From Candidatus Krumholzibacteriia bacterium (GTDB taxonomy: Bacteria; Krumholzibacteriota; Krumholzibacteriia; Krumholzibacteriales; Krumholzibacteriaceae), in NCBI GenBank assembly GCA_963836185.1, contig CAWIIQ010000004.1, positions 32,001 through 96,000 of the forward strand: a stretch of 64,000 nt of DNA. Direction: 5' to 3'. The notes beneath the pieces were generated by a model that saw only the letters and a list, made by a program, of their open reading frames with translations, was not told where the DNA came from and searched no databases. Of this stretch, positions 59,913 through 64,000 are shown piece after piece. Within the stretch, counting starts at the first letter, position 1. Each line of letters opens with the position of its first letter. The position numbers and the translations under genes were made by a program.

Positions 59913-61443
59913 CTATTCGGGTCTGATACTTCCGATCTCCTTCTCGACCTCTTCGAGGATCTCACACGATCTCACGAGTTCCTTCATTACGGTATGATCG
60001 GGATAAAGGGGACGGTCTGATGTCGAGGAAATCGACGTGGCGCCTGATGACTTCCTTCGCCTTCGTGACGCCCTTGCCGAAACTGTACTCCCTGAAATCG
60101 AGAGCCTGCGCCGCGGCCATCAGCTCGATACCGAGGATGCCGCATGCGTTGTCGAATATCTGGAAGTTCTTGATCGCCGTATTCATCCCCATGGAGACGA
60201 AATCCTCCTGGTCGGCCGCCGCCGGTATCGACTGGATCGAGGCGGGCACCGAGAGGATCCTCTGCTCGACGATCTGCATGTCTGCTGTGTACTGGCTGAG
60301 CATCAGTCCCGAAAACATGCCTGCGCCCTTCGTGAGGAAGGCGGGCAGGCCTACGTTCAGCGCGGGGTGATTGAGCCTGTTCATCCTCCGCTCCGACATG
60401 ACGCTGACCATCGTGACGGCAATGCCTACCATGTCCATCGGAAGGCTGACGGGCGAGCCCTGGAAGTTGGCGCCCGAGAGAGCGAGGTCCTCGTCGGGGA
60501 AGAATATCGGGTTGTCCCCGACGCCGTTCAGCTCGATCTCGACCTGGGAGCGGGCGTAATCGATCGCGTCGTGCGCCGCGCCGATCACCTGAGGGGTCGA
60601 GCGCATCGAGTAGGCGTCCTGGACCTTGACCTTCTGGCGTCCCTCGACGAGGTCGCCGCCGGCAACGCATTTGCGTATCGCCGCGGCTGTGCGCTGTGCG
60701 CCCTTGAACCCGCGGATCGCGTGCAGCTGCGGGCTGTAAGGCTTCATGTTTGCCATCAGCGCCTCGAGCGACATCGAGGCGGCGATCTCCGCCTGGCGGA
60801 GCCATCTCTCCGTGTCGTAAAGCATGATCGCGCTCATCGCTGTCAGGAGGTTCGAGCCGTTGATAGTGGCGAGGCCGTCGCGCGCCATCAGGCCCGGAAC
60901 GGGGATGCCGGCCTTGTCCAGCGCCTCTTTCCCGTCGAGCAGCTCGCCCTTGTAATACGCCTTGCCCTCACCGAGCATCAGCAGGGCGATCTGGGACATG
61001 GGGGCCAGGTCGCCGCATGCTCCGACCGAGCCCTTCTGGCAGACGAACGGGGTGACGCCCTTGTTGAGCATCGCCACGAGCGTCAGCGGGATCTCGGGGC
61101 GGCAGCCTGAATTGCCGTGGGCGAGGACGTTGATCCTCCCGGCCATCGCTCCGCGCACGTACTCGATGGGGGCGGGATCGCCGATCCCGGCAGCGTGGTT
61201 GTATATGAGATATTTCTGGAAATCCTGAATCTGATCGTCGTCGAGCACCACTTCGGAGAACTCGCCGATCCCCGTGTTGACGCCGTACATGATCTCGTGG
61301 GCGTCGATCTTCTTCTCGAGCATCGCGCGGCACTTTTTGATCGCCGCGAGGGCATGCTCGGGGATCTCTACTTCTTCACCGTGCCGGGCTATCCGGACGA
61401 CCTTCTCGACTGTCAGTCCCGACCCGTCTAACGCTATAGCCAC
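59913..61443 (-). CDS. MIO-family aromatic amino acid ammonia-lyase (HutH-like), frameshift near 60018
   Basis: YGVNTGIG, GSVGACGDLAP, RDGLATING, QDAYSMRSTPQ, DNP, GANFQG, QEDFVSMG; GTG start with AGGAGG; shifted tail DRPLYPDH..IRPE*. Confidence 0.88.
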
Positions 61444-61536
61444 AATGACCTCCTGGTGGAATTGTTTTATATTGGTGATGTGTCTTATAACATCATGAGG
61501 GGCCGGGTTCAAGAGACAAAGCGGCCCCACCGGGAC

Positions 61537-61578
61537 AAAAATAGTAAGGGCAGCGCTTAAGTTCAAGCACTACCCTTA
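61537..61578 (-). terminator. Terminator after the M56-TonB gene
   Basis: Minus strand 14-bp stem with G-U pairs, TAAGGGTAGTGCTT/AAGCGCTGCCCTTA, then CTATTTTT. Confidence 0.65.
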
Positions 61579-61614
61579 AAAATTGACAGGATATATATTT
61601 CTCCGGACGGACCG

Positions 61615-62969
61615 CTACTGGAGCTTGAATTCGACCGGCACCTTGACTTCCATCTCGACAGGCTTGCCGTCCCTTGTGCCCGGTTTGAACTCCCACTGGT
61701 ATATGGCCTTGAGGGCCGACTTCTGGAAATGCTTTCCCAGCTCCACCGCGGCCTCGTCAGCATCCTCGCCCGATCCTTTTTCTCATCGGTGTATATCTCT
61801 ATGGTCGTTACTTTCGCCTCTTTGACAGCGCCCTTCTCGTCGACTGCCACGAGCATCATCAGCCTGCCCGCATAACCGGCTTTCAGGCACTCCTTTGGAT
61901 ACTCGGGATCGACGGACTTCAGCACCAGGGGCATTACCTCTTCGCTTTCGGCCGCTGACGATTCCGGGATCAGGAATCCGGCGACCAGGACAACGACGGC
62001 GAGCGCGATTATCGATCTGCTTCTCAGTGACATCTCGTACCTCCTCGATTCGAACAATCTTTTAAGTCTTATTTTCAGGAGCGATCCATTTCTGCCCGCC
62101 GCGGCGTAGTGCATCCCTCCCGGCAGAAGGCCGATGCGAAGCGTTTTCGTAAAGGCCCTGGCGTATGTCGCCGGGTTGATTCCCCGGCGCAGCGCTCCAT
62201 CGTCACAGGCATATTCCGCCGTCATGTGCAGGCGCCGCAGTACGGGGTAGATCAGCGGGTAGAAGTGGAAAAGGGCCAGTCCCAGTCTAGCGATCAGCGA
62301 ACGGAGCGGGTCCATCCGGTATCTGTGGTTCTCTTCGTGCAGCATGATCGCCGTGAGCTCATCGTCGCCCAGAGATCGTACGAGTTCGAAGGGGATGACG
62401 ATCCTCGGCCTGAAGATCCCGGTGACGCCGGGCATCAATCTCTCTTCCGTCAGAGAAACATGGTCCATATCGATCCCGCACGAGACGCAGATCCTCCTGA
62501 GCCTTCCCGCGTCGGCTCCGCCTAGAGACGTCAGCTGCCCGGCCGATCCTGTTGCCGATCGTCGAAGATCGTGGATCATCCGGAAAAGGAATATCAGCAC
62601 GGCCGCCGCCCACAGGATAGTGGCGGCAGCTAAAACCGCCCCCGGGACGAGGGAAGCTCCACGGTCGAATCCCCTGAATCCGACGGCAGGGTCCACCACG
62701 GGCCCGAGCGCAGATATTCCGGGGATGCTTGCCGTCTCCATAGCCCCTGCTCCTGGGCTTATCCATCGATAAAGGCCCGAAGCCGCCGCTCTGACCAGGG
62801 AGAGAGGGAGGAATATCCTGATCAGCCCGGTCATCCAGAGAGTGTTCCTGACACGGGCGGGAGCCTTTTTCAGGCCCCTGTCGAGCAGGAAGATGACTCC
62901 AAGAAAGAGGGTGACCTGCCAGAGGTGCAGAAGCATCCCTTTCCAGAAAATGGTAAAGAGGTCGATCAT
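61615..62969 (-). CDS. BlaR1/M56 metallopeptidase with TonB C-terminal domain, frameshift near 61775
   Basis: GIFRPRIVIP, HEENH, AEYACD; PEYP..AVDEKG and, in the shifted frame, QWEFKPGTRDGKPVEMEVKVPVEFKLQ*. Confidence 0.85.
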
Positions 62970-63349
62970 TTCTTCCCCTTTTCCTGTTCGTCGAGGATAT
63001 TCTCGAGTTCCCTGACATCCTCGATAGAGACAGCGTCCATATCGGCAAGATGAGCGACCAGCGGAGCGGCCGATCCATCGAAGAAGGTATCGAGGAGCCT
63101 GCGGATCTCCCGCTGGATCATATCCGAGGCGGGAACGGTCGATCTGTAGACCCACGCCTTTCCCGAAAGCCTGACCTTCTCGACGGCGCCCTTCTCCTCG
63201 AGCCTCTCCAATATTTTCCTGATCGTCGAGTATCCGTGGTCGCCATCGATCTCATCCTGAAGCTCCCTCGCGGTAGCTTCACCGAGACTCCACAGCTTTC
63301 TGAGGTTGATCATTTCGAGCCGGGAGAGATCGGGGAGAGAATCCTTCAT
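62966..63349 (-). CDS. BlaI/MecI/CopY family repressor
   Basis: LSRLEM..LW, YSTIRKILERLEEKG, FFDGSAAPLVAHL; stop overlaps the M56 start. Confidence 0.92.
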   Translation of the reverse strand: MKDSLPDLSRLEMINLRKLWSLGEATARELQDEIDGDHGYSTIRKILERLEEKGAVEKVRLSGKAWVYRSTVPASDMIQREIRRLLDTFFDGSAAPLVAHLADMDAVSIEDVRELENILDEQEKGKK

Positions 63350-63392
63350 CGTGCCTCCATCCATGCTCGCCACGACTAAGTTTGGGTATTGT

Positions 63393-63441
63393 CTGTGACA
63401 GATGTCGCATATAATATGCGACATCTGTCGCAGTGTGTCAA
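63393..63441 (-). promoter_or_regulatory. Double BlaI-type operator overlapping the promoter
   Basis: Two TG(C/T)GACA-nn-TGTCGCA palindromes forming a 20-bp inverted repeat; TTGACA at 63441-63436. Confidence 0.8.
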
Positions 63442-63449
63442 GGGGGAAT

Positions 63450-63761
63450 CTATCCGAGGTAGGCGACTGCTATCGATACGACCAGTATGGCCAGTCCGGT
63501 GACATTGAGGATATTCGCGATCCTAATGACAAGCGGGAGCCTCTCCACGTTTCCAGCGACGGCCAGGGCGATCTTCGGGAATTTGAGGAAATTGGCTATC
63601 CCTATGGCGAAGAGGCAGATGCCCCATACCGGGACTCCAGCGATGACATACATGCCGCGGCTCAGCTCCACGAAAGCCAGGGCTGTGAATATGATCCCCC
63701 AGAAGAGATTCATGCCTGAGCCGCCTGAATGTTCCTGGTCCATGCCGCTGTTTTCCTCCAT
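63450..63761 (-). CDS. Hypothetical membrane protein (three TM)
   Basis: GGAGG RBS, ATG overlapping the upstream stop, hydrophobic segments. Confidence 0.55.
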   Translation of the reverse strand: MEENSGMDQEHSGGSGMNLFWGIIFTALAFVELSRGMYVIAGVPVWGICLFAIGIANFLKFPKIALAVAGNVERLPLVIRIANILNVTGLAILVVSIAVAYLG

Positions 63762-64000
63762 CAACCGCCCGCCTCCTTGAGCACGCTGGATCTCCTGTCG
63801 ATCCGCCACGCGCTTATCAGAAGAACACCTGCCGAAAGAGGAGGCAGGCCGAGTGCGGCCATTATGATCGCTTTCGCCGAAACGGGAAATAGTCCCGCAA
63901 TCAGCGGGTACCCGGCAAATACGGCCGCGGCCGCCAGTGGCAGGGCTATCCTTCCGATCCTCACCCATCTCCACGCGGTAAGAGCGAGGAGGAGAAGAAG
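63761..64000 (-). CDS. 3' end of a membrane protein gene running off the window
   Basis: Frame open to the window edge (LLLLLALTAWRWVRIGRIALPL...). Confidence 0.55.
   Translation of the reverse strand, partial: LLLLLALTAWRWVRIGRIALPLAAAAVFAGYPLIAGLFPVSAKAIIMAALGLPPLSAGVLLISAWRIDRRSSVLKEAGG

Noticed and set aside
1-64000. CRISPR arrays, rRNA, prophage, IS elements, defence systems
   Set aside because: No regularly spaced repeats and no recognisable cas, transposase, integrase or phage genes were seen.

Overview
A ~60% GC Gram-negative bacterial chromosome segment. It is probably from Ca. Krumholzibacteriota, Latescibacterota or a relative; this is inferred from a secreted protein ending in the lineage-typical ...ETSWGAIKKMHR motif. 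The backbone is housekeeping: rodA, pmbA, lgt, comF, fba-gap-pgk-tpiA-secG-tRNA-Leu(GAG), system II cytochrome c biogenesis (resB/ccsA), cstA, thrC, pgeF, the tol-pal-cpoB operon and a CNNM pair. A lower-GC accessory patch lies at ~28.3-35.1 kb. Roughly 18-20 single-base frameshifts, several in normally essential genes, indicate an unpolished assembly rather than pseudogenes. There is no CRISPR array, rRNA, integrase or transposase. The most interesting observations are: (1) an Opp-type ABC operon with a sigma54-type promoter and no ATPase that carries a signal-anchored beta-CASP nuclease between the binding protein and the permeases; (2) an ECF sigma / anti-sigma / CnrX-like sensor / Spy-ZraP-like module whose last protein has a metallothionein-like 11-Cys tail; (3) an MIO-family ammonia-lyase with Ala-Cys-Gly in place of Ala-Ser-Gly; (4) the SWGxIK C-terminal candidate sorting signal; (5) a DUF4384 protein with CxxCH and low-complexity tails; (6) a degenerate integron-like gene cassette; (7) a double BlaI operator upstream of blaI and an M56-TonB gene. 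All family assignments come from motif recognition, not database searches.
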